A stretch of 64,000 nt of DNA from Chloroflexota bacterium (lineage in GTDB: Bacteria > Chloroflexota > UBA11872 > VXOZ01). Both the position numbers and the translations under genes were made by a program. The notes beneath the pieces were generated by a model. The model did no database searches. It was given only the letters and a program-made list of their open reading frames with translations, and was not told where the DNA came from. The DNA is taken from positions 2,336,001-2,400,000 of the forward strand of contig OZ244922.1 of NCBI GenBank assembly GCA_965221905.1. The letters run 5' to 3'. The first letter of the stretch is position 1. Each line of letters begins with the position of its first letter. Of the stretch, positions 11,133-19,810 are shown piece after piece.

Positions 11133-12203
11133 TCAGCCAACGGGTTCAACTGCAACCCATGATCGGCTGTTGGAGGATTCCACCACCGCGTGCAGTACCT
11201 CTTGTGTCTTCAAACCCTCGGTGAAGGTTGGCTTGATCTCGCGATCTTCCCGAACAGACCGCACGAAAGTCTCCATCTGACGCGTTCCGCCGGCCAGCAG
11301 TTGGCCGCCGTGACCCTTATCCACCGTAGGGGGTTCGCCCGGAATCGGCTCATTTTCGCCATTGGGCCGATAGAGCCGCCCCTGCCCGTTCTCGTAGAGA
11401 ATTCCGCCCTTGCGTCCGTTAATCATAAAGTGGCGTCGTCCCACCGGAAAATCAGCATGAACCGAACCAAGTCTGCTCTGGCTGAGCGTCCCGTGTGCGC
11501 CGCCGGCAAACTGAATGAGCACAATAGAATCGTCGTCAAGGTCGTGCGCATGGGGCGTGCCATCTTCAGCGTAGACCTGCGGAGTGAATGTCTTCATATT
11601 GGCGCACACGTCGGTTATGTCACCCACGAGAAAGTGCGCGAGGTCGATGTGATGTGAACCCAGATCCCCCAAGATACCGGTGCCGGTGCGCTTCGCATCG
11701 GTGCGCCATGTGAAGCTGGGTTGGGGCGAGCGAACAAGCGCCGGATTGAGGCTCTGCGAATGAACATGCACAATCTCACCTATCACGTCATCCTCGATGA
11801 GCTTGCGAATGTTGTTTGCCGCCGTATTCCAGCGATTCGAAAACCCCACCACGGTGCGGAGGTTTGCCTCTCTCGCGGCCTCGTACATCTCCCGAGCCTC
11901 TTCGACGGTAACTGCCAAAGGCTTTTCGCAAAAGATGTGCTTGCCAGCACGTACCGAACGCATCACTAGGTCATAGTGAAACACATCCGGCGTATCCACA
12001 ATCACGCCGTCAATCTCTCCAAGCGCAAGCAACTCTTCCGGGTCCGTAAAGACGTTTCCGATGCCGAATTTCTCGGCAAACTCTCGTGCACCGTCATGAC
12101 GAGGCCCACAAACTGCGACGACCTCAACACCCTCGATATGGGCCAATCCTTCCGCATGCACGTCCGCAATCATGCCGTATCCAAAAATTCCAAGTCTAAG
12201 CAT
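11133..12203 (-). CDS. Gfo/Idh/MocA family oxidoreductase
   Basis: GIFGYGMIA, HIFCEKP, GILGDLGSHHID. Confidence 0.95.
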   Translation of the reverse strand: MLRLGIFGYGMIADVHAEGLAHIEGVEVVAVCGPRHDGAREFAEKFGIGNVFTDPEELLALGEIDGVIVDTPDVFHYDLVMRSVRAGKHIFCEKPLAVTVEEAREMYEAAREANLRTVVGFSNRWNTAANNIRKLIEDDVIGEIVHVHSQSLNPALVRSPQPSFTWRTDAKRTGTGILGDLGSHHIDLAHFLVGDITDVCANMKTFTPQVYAEDGTPHAHDLDDDSIVLIQFAGGAHGTLSQSRLGSVHADFPVGRRHFMINGRKGGILYENGQGRLYRPNGENEPIPGEPPTVDKGHGGQLLAGGTRQMETFVRSVREDREIKPTFTEGLKTQEVLHAVVESSNSRSWVAVEPVG

Positions 12204-12651
12204 ATTGGGCCTTTCTGGTAGCTCAGTTTACAAATCAATCGTGGCGCACAATACCGCGTGCCGGGACCAAGACAGAGGGGACTCCGCACACAATTCCCCG
12301 GCAATTAAACAGTTCTTCTGAAACTGCTGCTGCCTCCTTAGCCTAGGGCCTATGGAGTATTGCCTCTGTAGCGCAGCCTAAGGCTTGATGTACACACATT
12401 TCGCGTCTTGCGCGCACTTCACGTTCCCGTCCTAGTGAAACAGACCGCATGAAAAGACGCAACGTACCCGCTAGCGCCAGGAATCGCCCCTGATATATGC
12501 GTGTGACCACGTTTCCCACTAAAACTCGTTCGCTGCGGTTAGCCTCGCAAGCGTAGCGTGCCATACCGCCTACCGAATTGAAGCGAGTTGAGGCGAGCCC
12601 AAGTAATCCAAGAGAGTGATCCAAGTGCGCCGAGATTTGGTCCAAGAGTTC

Positions 12652-13371
12652 TCAATAAACCGGTGCAATTGAAATTCCCGCCTGTTTTAGGGCATGCCCC
12701 ATGCGCTCCATTGTATCTGCCACCGTATAGCCGCGGGCAAAAATAGAAGACCCGGCGACCAGCACGTCGGCCCCGGCTAGGGCTGAAGCAACTGCCGTTT
12801 CTGTATTAATGCCGCCGTCGACTTGAAGCCGAACATCCAGCCCCTCTTCGTCGATTGCCCGCCGGAGAACACGGACTTTGTCCAGCATGTCCGGCATGAA
12901 TGATTGCCCTCCCCAACCGGGCTCCACTGTCATAACCAGGACAAGATCAAGATCGGGCAGAAACGGGAGGAGCGTCTCTACCGGTGTGCCGGGCTTGATT
13001 GCGAGCCCAACACGTTTACTAGCGCTACGGAACGCTTGGAGGGCGGTACCAACGTCCGTGCAGGCTTCCACGTGCAGGGTAAACAGATCGCCCTCGCTAC
13101 TGAGAAAAAGGTCGAGGTGGCGTGTAGGCTCTGTAACCATGAGGTGGACATCGAAGAGCCGTGAAGAAGCATTCCGTACGCTCTGAATTACACCCGGGCC
13201 AAAGCTCAGATTTGGCACGAAGTGAGCGTCCATAACGTCGAAATGGAGATAGTGGGCGCCAGCGGCGTGTGCCGCCGACACGTTTTCCGCCAAATGACCG
13301 AAGTCTGCAGCGAGCACAGAAGGAGCGATCTGAACGCGGCGCTGGAGATGTGCAGATGGTGGGCTCGTCAT
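12652..13371 (-). CDS. rpe: Ribulose-phosphate 3-epimerase
   Basis: IAPSVLAADF, HFDVMDAHFVPN, DVHLMV, MTVEPGWGGQ, VDGGIN. Confidence 0.97.
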   Translation of the reverse strand: MTSPPSAHLQRRVQIAPSVLAADFGHLAENVSAAHAAGAHYLHFDVMDAHFVPNLSFGPGVIQSVRNASSRLFDVHLMVTEPTRHLDLFLSSEGDLFTLHVEACTDVGTALQAFRSASKRVGLAIKPGTPVETLLPFLPDLDLVLVMTVEPGWGGQSFMPDMLDKVRVLRRAIDEEGLDVRLQVDGGINTETAVASALAGADVLVAGSSIFARGYTVADTMERMGHALKQAGISIAPVY

Positions 13372-13464
13372 AGTCCGTGGAGTATCGAAGTAATGCGAGG
13401 CAAGTTTTGAGAGTCCGGATTCAGGCAGCGCGGGGCGGGCTACGGGAGCAATACAGGCAGCCGG

Positions 13465-14637
13465 CTAATTCAGCAATGTCAACGGGTCTCTAAATCGATT
13501 CTGATAGAGAGCCTCAAAGTGCAGATGCGGGCCGGTAGAATATCCCGTGTTGCCCATCTTCCCGATTACCTCGCCGGCCTTTACAAAGTCACCAGCCGTA
13601 ACGGCGAAGGTGCTCAAGTGACTGTAGGTGGTGACCCACCCGTTGCCGTGATTGATCACGATGCGATTTCCATATCCAATTGGGCTCCAACCGGCGGCTA
13701 CTACCTGCCCCGCATCGGCAGCGAAAATCGCGGTCCCCGTACGATTACCAATGTCCAATCCCGGATGCCCCGGATAATAGAAATACTGCGTAATTGCTCC
13801 GTTCGTCGGCCAGCGAAATTCCCCAAACGCTGCAACAGGCTGCTCCCGCTGTGACAGTTGTGTTTCCGCGCTCGACTTTCGCAGCGCCTCCGGCAGGACC
13901 CCATGCGGGATGATCAACTCCATACCGGGCGCAAGTGTCGTTGAGAGACCGATACGGTTGTATTCCGCAATCGCTACAGGATTGCTCTGATAGTTCTCAG
14001 CAATTTCGTGCAGTACATCGTCCCTGACTACAACGTATATCACGCCGTCTATCGGTGGTATGCGCAGCTTGTCTCCAAGGTAAAGCAAATGGTCGGGAGC
14101 GATGTCGTTGGCCCATAGCAGTGTATCCAAAGAAACACCAAAATCAGCAGCGATATCGACTAGCGTATCGTTTCCTCGCACGTCATAGGCGAGAATATCG
14201 TCACGCGGGCGCCGGATTACTGTGGTTTCTAAGAGCGTTGGGCGATCAATCACATCGGGGAAAATAGCTTGGAAGGTACCAGCGCGGATAATCGGTCGGG
14301 AGCTAAAGTAGTCGAATTCGCCCGATTGCGTGCGGCCGGTTATCTGCTCTGCGGCAAAGGGAGCGGCCCAAAGGGCAATCAGGCCGAGCGCCAATATGAC
14401 CGCGTGGCCCGCTACCCGGTTGCCAAGAGACTTCATCCGCAGCAACAAGGCATCGCTGCGAAACGCTAAGACCGCAAGGCGCGGAATACGAAACACGCTA
14501 AAGGCGCAATAGAAGAACAGCCCAAGGAGCTGCAAGAAGAAAGAACCCTGCGGAGGCTTAACGGGACCTGCTAGTCCGACTTCGTTCTCTTGCGCGTGTT
14601 GGGCGACGCTCTCCTCACGAACCGCCTCAACCGCCAT
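13465..14637 (-). CDS. Membrane-anchored LysM x2 + M23 metallopeptidase
   Basis: N-terminal hydrophobic segments, two LysM repeats, HPGLDI, YSHL, STGPHLHFE. Confidence 0.93.
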   Translation of the reverse strand: MAVEAVREESVAQHAQENEVGLAGPVKPPQGSFFLQLLGLFFYCAFSVFRIPRLAVLAFRSDALLLRMKSLGNRVAGHAVILALGLIALWAAPFAAEQITGRTQSGEFDYFSSRPIIRAGTFQAIFPDVIDRPTLLETTVIRRPRDDILAYDVRGNDTLVDIAADFGVSLDTLLWANDIAPDHLLYLGDKLRIPPIDGVIYVVVRDDVLHEIAENYQSNPVAIAEYNRIGLSTTLAPGMELIIPHGVLPEALRKSSAETQLSQREQPVAAFGEFRWPTNGAITQYFYYPGHPGLDIGNRTGTAIFAADAGQVVAAGWSPIGYGNRIVINHGNGWVTTYSHLSTFAVTAGDFVKAGEVIGKMGNTGYSTGPHLHFEALYQNRFRDPLTLLN

Positions 14638-15010
14638 TGCCTATTCCCCCTAGAGTTCTTCCGACCGGCGCTGCAACTTCCACGTGCATTTCTTGGGAGC
14701 ATTCTGCGCTGTCCGCAGCCATGCCAGTGTGTTTGCACGGTATCAGTTACTTTTCACCCTGTCAACAAGCGGAAATAGGTGCCAGGCAGATTGCTATCAC
14801 CCTAAGTCTTAGTAGCCGGCTTTAGCGCGCAAAGGCGGTTTTTCTAGGGGGCATTAGCACTCGTTTGGTGTAAAAGCGCTGCTGGGTCACACGCTCGAAC
14901 AGGGTTGGCGCAGTACCGTGAAATCCTTGCTCATCACTGGTGTGATAGGCATAATGCACAGGCAATACACGTAGATTACCGACTAACATTAGTGACAAGG
15001 AGGGACACCA

Positions 15011-15304
15011 ATGGTCGAGCACCTGGTGCTATTCAAGGTGAAAGCCGGCGTCAGCGAGGATGCAATTCAGGCAATGCAGAATGCTCTTAGAGGGCTCCAG
15101 GAGGCAATTCCCGGCATCTTGGAGATCACAGTCGGGGCCAACTTCAGTGAGCGGAGCCAGGGCTTCACCCACGGCTTGCTGGTACGATTCCAAGACCGCG
15201 CCGCTCTGGATGTCTACATTCCCCATCCCGCGCACGAAGAAGCACGGAATTCCTACATCCTGCCGATCGTCGAGGACGTGCTGGTCTTAGACTACGAGCA
15301 GTAG
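15011..15304 (+). CDS. Dabb family (stress-responsive A/B barrel) protein
   Basis: VEHLVLFK...IPGI...G.NFS...FTHGL...Y..HPAH...DYE; AGGAGG RBS. Confidence 0.9.
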   Translation: MVEHLVLFKVKAGVSEDAIQAMQNALRGLQEAIPGILEITVGANFSERSQGFTHGLLVRFQDRAALDVYIPHPAHEEARNSYILPIVEDVLVLDYEQ

Positions 15305-15410
15305 AGATTGGCCTGCGCAGTTCTGGGTCTCCCCCTTGCCATGCAATTGGGCTCGTGCTCGGAAGCGACCCTTGAATGCAATTGCAGGGAGGGTTATACG
15401 CAAACAACTG

Positions 15411-16508
15411 TCAGCCCTCAGGAGAGCCAAGCACCGGCCAGGCGCCTAGCACTCTCACGAGCACGCATTCCTTATCGAGTTCTGCGAGCGCTGTGCGTAC
15501 CGGCTCCTGGGCCGGATGCCCAATGAGTGTCGCAAAGAAATAGTAGTCCCACGTACGCCGGCGCGACGGTCTGGAGAGAATGAAAGTCAGATTGACATTA
15601 TGTTTAGCAAATATGCCCAGGGCATTGTAAAGGGATCCGGGCCGGTCAGTGATGCTGAAGAGTAGAGCAGTGCGATCGTTGTCCGTCGGCGCAGGTAGCT
15701 GCTTGCCCAAAATGGCGAATCGCGTAACGTTGTCTACTCGGTCCTGAATACTGCGAGCGACTATGGGCACGCCTTCCGCCATTGCCGCGAGTTCGCTCGC
15801 AATGGCAGCAGCCCCGGGCTCATGCTTAACCCTGGCAACTGCTGCGGCAGTGCTCACCATCTCCACTGTGTCGACGCGGGGCAGCTCTTCAGCCAGCCAA
15901 CTCCGGCACTGCGCCAGCGCTTGAGGATGCGAGTATACGACGCGAAGAGAATCCGGGGGAGAACTCGAGATGAGATTGTGCGCAATCGGCAGCACAATCT
16001 CGCCGCAAATCTGAAGCGCGGTGTCCAGATATTGCACAAATGAATCGAGGGTCGGCGTAACGCCGCCTTCAGTAGAGTTTTCGAGGGGGACAACGCCGTA
16101 ATCGGCCACACCTTTCTCCACAAGCTGAAAGACGTGGTCTATAGTGGCCGCCGCCTGCAGATTTGCGGCACTACCAAATGATTGGAGTGCTGCTTGATGC
16201 GTAAAGGTGTTCTCCGGTCCTAGATACGCTACGGCCGTCGCTTTTTCCAGAGCGCGGCAAGCAGAGAGCACCTCTCGATATATGTTTGTGACCGCCGTTG
16301 CACTGAGAGGGCCGTCACTTGCGGCTGACGCTACCTGTCCAAGCACCTGGCGCTCGCGCTCCGGCACGTATATGGGGACGTTCTCTCCCTTTTCTTTCCC
16401 AACACGTATGGCGAGCGCTGCGCGGCGTTGGAGGCAATCGACTATTTCACGGTCGAGGGCGTCTATTTGCTGGCGTAATTCTGCCAGGATTCCATCCTGA
16501 TTACGCAT
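15411..16508 (-). CDS. pheA: Bifunctional chorismate mutase/prephenate dehydratase
   Basis: LRQQIDALD chorismate mutase domain, YLGPENTFT, VPLENSTEG, SHPQALAQC, NVTRF, ACT domain. Confidence 0.96.
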   Translation of the reverse strand: MRNQDGILAELRQQIDALDREIVDCLQRRAALAIRVGKEKGENVPIYVPERERQVLGQVASAASDGPLSATAVTNIYREVLSACRALEKATAVAYLGPENTFTHQAALQSFGSAANLQAAATIDHVFQLVEKGVADYGVVPLENSTEGGVTPTLDSFVQYLDTALQICGEIVLPIAHNLISSSPPDSLRVVYSHPQALAQCRSWLAEELPRVDTVEMVSTAAAVARVKHEPGAAAIASELAAMAEGVPIVARSIQDRVDNVTRFAILGKQLPAPTDNDRTALLFSITDRPGSLYNALGIFAKHNVNLTFILSRPSRRRTWDYYFFATLIGHPAQEPVRTALAELDKECVLVRVLGAWPVLGSPEG

Positions 16509-16901
16509 TAAGGCCGCTCATCCACTTCACAATTAATCGCCTCTCCATGAACCTTCAAGAATGCACGCCAAAGAGGAGTGTCGTCACAATCGCAGATCTC
16601 AATATTCCCAGCCACTTCGGGCAGTATTGTAGCAGTTTCCCAAGCGCCGTGCATCGGCAGTAATTGGAGAGACTCAGGCAGGTTAGGTTCCACAAGTAGC
16701 CAGGCCGACGTTCATCCGCACCTTGACGCCCCAGCCGGATCTTCCTAGAATTAAGACGAGAGGAAGATTCATGCAGGTTGCAGAGCGACGGCAATAAGAG
16801 TTCGCACTGTGCATGATTTTCTCAAGGCAAGACGAGAGCACTCACAATGTTGCGTGCTTGGGACGGGTATGCGGCATTCATGAAGGAGTCAACATACCGC
16901 A

Positions 16902-17147
16902 ATGACGTACGTGATTGCAGAGCCATGTATTGACATCAAAGATAACTCGTGTGTGGATGTTTGTCCGGTAGATTGTATCCACTCCAACGATGATGCGGTA
17001 CAGTTCTTCATCGATCCGGATGAATGTATCGAATGCGGAGCGTGCGAGCCCGTGTGTCCGGTCACGGCGATCTTCTTCGAGGACGATCTGCCGGATGAGT
17101 GGCGGAACTACATCCAGACTAACGCTGACTTCTTTGCCAATCAGTAG
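16902..17147 (+). CDS. 7Fe-type (FdxA-like) ferredoxin
   Basis: MTYVIAEPC...CVDVCPVDCI...IDPDECIECGACEPVCPV; AAGGAG RBS. Confidence 0.95.
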   Translation: MTYVIAEPCIDIKDNSCVDVCPVDCIHSNDDAVQFFIDPDECIECGACEPVCPVTAIFFEDDLPDEWRNYIQTNADFFANQ

Positions 17148-17208
17148 AGAATTCGCACGAACGTTTGTTCGCACGAACACTTGATCGACAACGGCTTAGG
17201 CGTCTCGG

Positions 17209-18453
17209 TTAGCTTCCCTTTGCACTCGCGAATGCCGCTGCAAACGAGTCAGTTCCGTCGTCGTTCTCTATCTCCATGCTTGATCCCCGTACGAATCGCG
17301 GGTCGTTGCCAAAATCAAATCCCCGTTGCAGGTCGTGCTCGTAACCTGCATACGTGCTGGCGGCCTGATGCCCATACTCCTTAGGCCAGCCAATGCGGAA
17401 GATTTGCCGGGGCCGGCACGATTCCCCATCCAAACGGTAGCGGGCGATCGCTTCTTCATCTAACTCCACTCCCAGGCCGGGACCCACAGGCACAGGCATA
17501 TAGCCGCGTTCAATCGCAAATGGCTCGGCGAGCAGGCCGTGCTCCCAGATGTGCATACACGATATCGCCGGCCACTGCGCATGCGAGAGAACCGCGCCAA
17601 GCTGGGCCGACCACGCTGTCGTCAGCCCCAATCCAACAAGCTGGAGCCAGAATGGCTTGCCGGCAACGGCCGCGATCGTGCCTGAATCCTTCACACTGGC
17701 CAGACCGCCACCCACCACAAAGCCGTCGCACACGTCTTCCTGCAGGGCAGTCATGATGGGTGGGGTACCGTAGTGCATGGCCAGCGGTCGTGGGACGTGC
17801 CTCCGAATTTGCTTGTTTCCAGCCACGTCGCCTTGCGGGATTGGAGTCTCGAAAATCGAGACGTTGACATAGGAGAGCAGTTCTTGCAGGAGCGGAATAG
17901 CAGTGCCCGCGTCCACGAGCATGCTATTGAAATCAATGTCCAGGTGCATGGATTTCGGAATTACGGCCTCGAGCGCTGCAAGTTGCGCGTGAATGTCACG
18001 CCAGGGACGCCCTTTGAGCTTCATGGATACATAGCCTCGATCAAGCGCCTTTCGCGCTTCCGCAGCCCACTCCTCTGGCGCCATGTCGAGACACCACCAG
18101 GAAATAGGGACACGCTTGCGGACCTGTTCCCCAATGAGCCGGTGAATTGGTACCCCGGCCATTTTTCCTGCCAGGTCCCACAGCGCCATCTCAGGCCCTG
18201 CCCCAAGTGTGGAGTCCCACAGGTGTTGATGCGGCTCTGTGCCAACTAGCCTTTCCTTGAGGTCTTCCGGCGGCCTACCCCAGGTATATTCCACCACGGT
18301 CTCGCCAATACCGGTCAGACCGGACTCCGTGTGAATGCGGCAGACCTCAACAAGCCGCCAATCACCGCTTAGGCGCGTCATGTGCAGATCGTGATGCTCA
18401 CTGAATGGCACCAGGAGTAGAATCTGTTCGACGTCAATAATCATTTCAGCCAT
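17209..18453 (-). CDS. Mandelate racemase/muconate-lactonizing (enolase superfamily) enzyme
   Basis: GLTGIGE, MALWDLAGK..GVPIHRLIG, KLK, IDFN, FETP, GPGLGVELDE. Confidence 0.9.
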   Translation of the reverse strand: MAEMIIDVEQILLLVPFSEHHDLHMTRLSGDWRLVEVCRIHTESGLTGIGETVVEYTWGRPPEDLKERLVGTEPHQHLWDSTLGAGPEMALWDLAGKMAGVPIHRLIGEQVRKRVPISWWCLDMAPEEWAAEARKALDRGYVSMKLKGRPWRDIHAQLAALEAVIPKSMHLDIDFNSMLVDAGTAIPLLQELLSYVNVSIFETPIPQGDVAGNKQIRRHVPRPLAMHYGTPPIMTALQEDVCDGFVVGGGLASVKDSGTIAAVAGKPFWLQLVGLGLTTAWSAQLGAVLSHAQWPAISCMHIWEHGLLAEPFAIERGYMPVPVGPGLGVELDEEAIARYRLDGESCRPRQIFRIGWPKEYGHQAASTYAGYEHDLQRGFDFGNDPRFVRGSSMEIENDDGTDSFAAAFASAKGS

Positions 18454-18587
18454 GGCTTTCCTCCCGGGTTGCTTATAGAGATTTGCCTAGGACGATGTAC
18501 ATAAGGGCCGAAGAGAGATGCGCACGATTGCGTCCTCGCCAATGGCGCCTTGCCGGCCTGTGCTCGGCATAGTCTAAGATGCATGCA

Positions 18588-19106
18588 CTATGTGGTACTT
18601 GGAGTATCGGCGTCGGCATGCCGCTTGGGAAAGTCAAAGTCAATGAGGGTCCCACCCATCCTGCCCGCCTCTTGCCATGACGAAACAGCAAATTGAAGCT
18701 GAACGACACCGCAAGTGGGAACTTCCCCGACAAAGTCTTGGGATAGAAAGTTGCTCAAGTCTGTAAAGCCGGGGTTATGGCCGACCAACGCCACGTGATC
18801 ATGGGCATCATCTAGGTTCCTGACTATCAGCAGCAGTTCTTCCGACGTAGCATGGTAAATGCCTTCTTCGATCACCAACTCGGACTTCTCGTATCCAATC
18901 TCCTTTCCCATGCGTCTGGCCGTGCTGCGCGCGCGCTTGGCCGGGCTAGAGATCATCTTGTCGGGCATGAACTCAATCGCTGCCAGCCGCCGCCCCATGT
19001 CAATGGCATCGCTCTTGCCTCTCCGATTTAGAGGCCGAGCAGAATCCTCCATCCCGATTTCTTTCCAACTGGACTTCGCATGCCGAATCAGTGTGAGATG
19101 TTTCAT
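18588..19106 (-). CDS. SixA-type histidine phosphatase
   Basis: MKHLTLIRHAKSSW, SSPAKRA, LVGHNPG; real start is ATG 19106 (the ORF track extends it into the upstream gene). Confidence 0.92.
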   Translation of the reverse strand: MKHLTLIRHAKSSWKEIGMEDSARPLNRRGKSDAIDMGRRLAAIEFMPDKMISSPAKRARSTARRMGKEIGYEKSELVIEEGIYHATSEELLLIVRNLDDAHDHVALVGHNPGFTDLSNFLSQDFVGEVPTCGVVQLQFAVSSWQEAGRMGGTLIDFDFPKRHADADTPSTT

Positions 19107-19116
19107 TTGACACGCC

Positions 19117-19650
19117 CTAGAGCAAAAGGTCGAATATCTGTTTACTTTTGTCGTCCAACTCTCGAAAATCGGGAATATAGAAGCGATTCCCGTCAATATC
19201 AATAATGAGTATCTCATGCTCTGATGGCAAGAGCACGGAATCGAGTTCCCAGCGCATGACAAATTCGCGTATACCGTGATCCGTCTCTACAGTCCAAAAC
19301 GAGGTCCGCCACTCGTTGCGGTAAGCCTGTACGGAGCGAATGCGGTATACGCGATAGTAACTCTCCAAGGATGCATGGAGAATATTCCGCGACTCAGCGT
19401 CTAGCTCATCGGGATTATCGATGAGGCAAAACTCCATGTCCTTGGTGTCGAGAATTGAAACGAACTGCTTTAGGGATAGCGGAAACGCCCACACCGCCTT
19501 GCCCCGCAGGAGGCAGCGATCACCGGCTAGCTCCACCCGCATTTCTCCGCTCGGCCCACGCTGCAGCCGAATCATTGCGGGGTCGGTCGTCCCGGCGCCG
19601 ATATCGGCGATACGGACGGCCTCTTCAGTTTCTAACGCGATTTCTTCCAA
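19117..19650 (-). CDS. DUF1854 domain protein
   Basis: AFPLS...FVSI, W.VETDHG.REF and DIDGNRFYIPD...LD..S motifs; lies directly downstream of a typical partner ABC transporter. Confidence 0.8.
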   Translation of the reverse strand: MEEIALETEEAVRIADIGAGTTDPAMIRLQRGPSGEMRVELAGDRCLLRGKAVWAFPLSLKQFVSILDTKDMEFCLIDNPDELDAESRNILHASLESYYRVYRIRSVQAYRNEWRTSFWTVETDHGIREFVMRWELDSVLLPSEHEILIIDIDGNRFYIPDFRELDDKSKQIFDLLL

Positions 19651-19810
19651 TCCAAGCCTCTATCGTTATCGCTCGATTATTGAAGTCCAAATTAGGGTTG
19701 CCACGGAAACTCAATTGCCAAATACGTGCTCATGCCGACGAGAATTGCCGAACGCTTCGGGCAAGCACACTTCCTTTGGATCAAGCTCTCTACCAATTTC
19801 CACTTGAGAC

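Noticed and set aside
12343-12564. Small minus-strand ORF MARYACEA...VGNVV, faintly like ribosomal protein bL28
   Set aside because: It lacks the SHS and PN motifs, so the similarity is not convincing.
14855-14881. TTAGCACTC, a CIRCE half-site
   Set aside because: The second arm GAGTGCTAA is absent.
17152-17178. CGAAC-GTTT-GTTCG, a perfect Gram-positive-type LexA box
   Set aside because: It lies between two convergent 3' ends and arises from a direct repeat of TTCGCACGAAC, so it is more likely a terminator-like hairpin.
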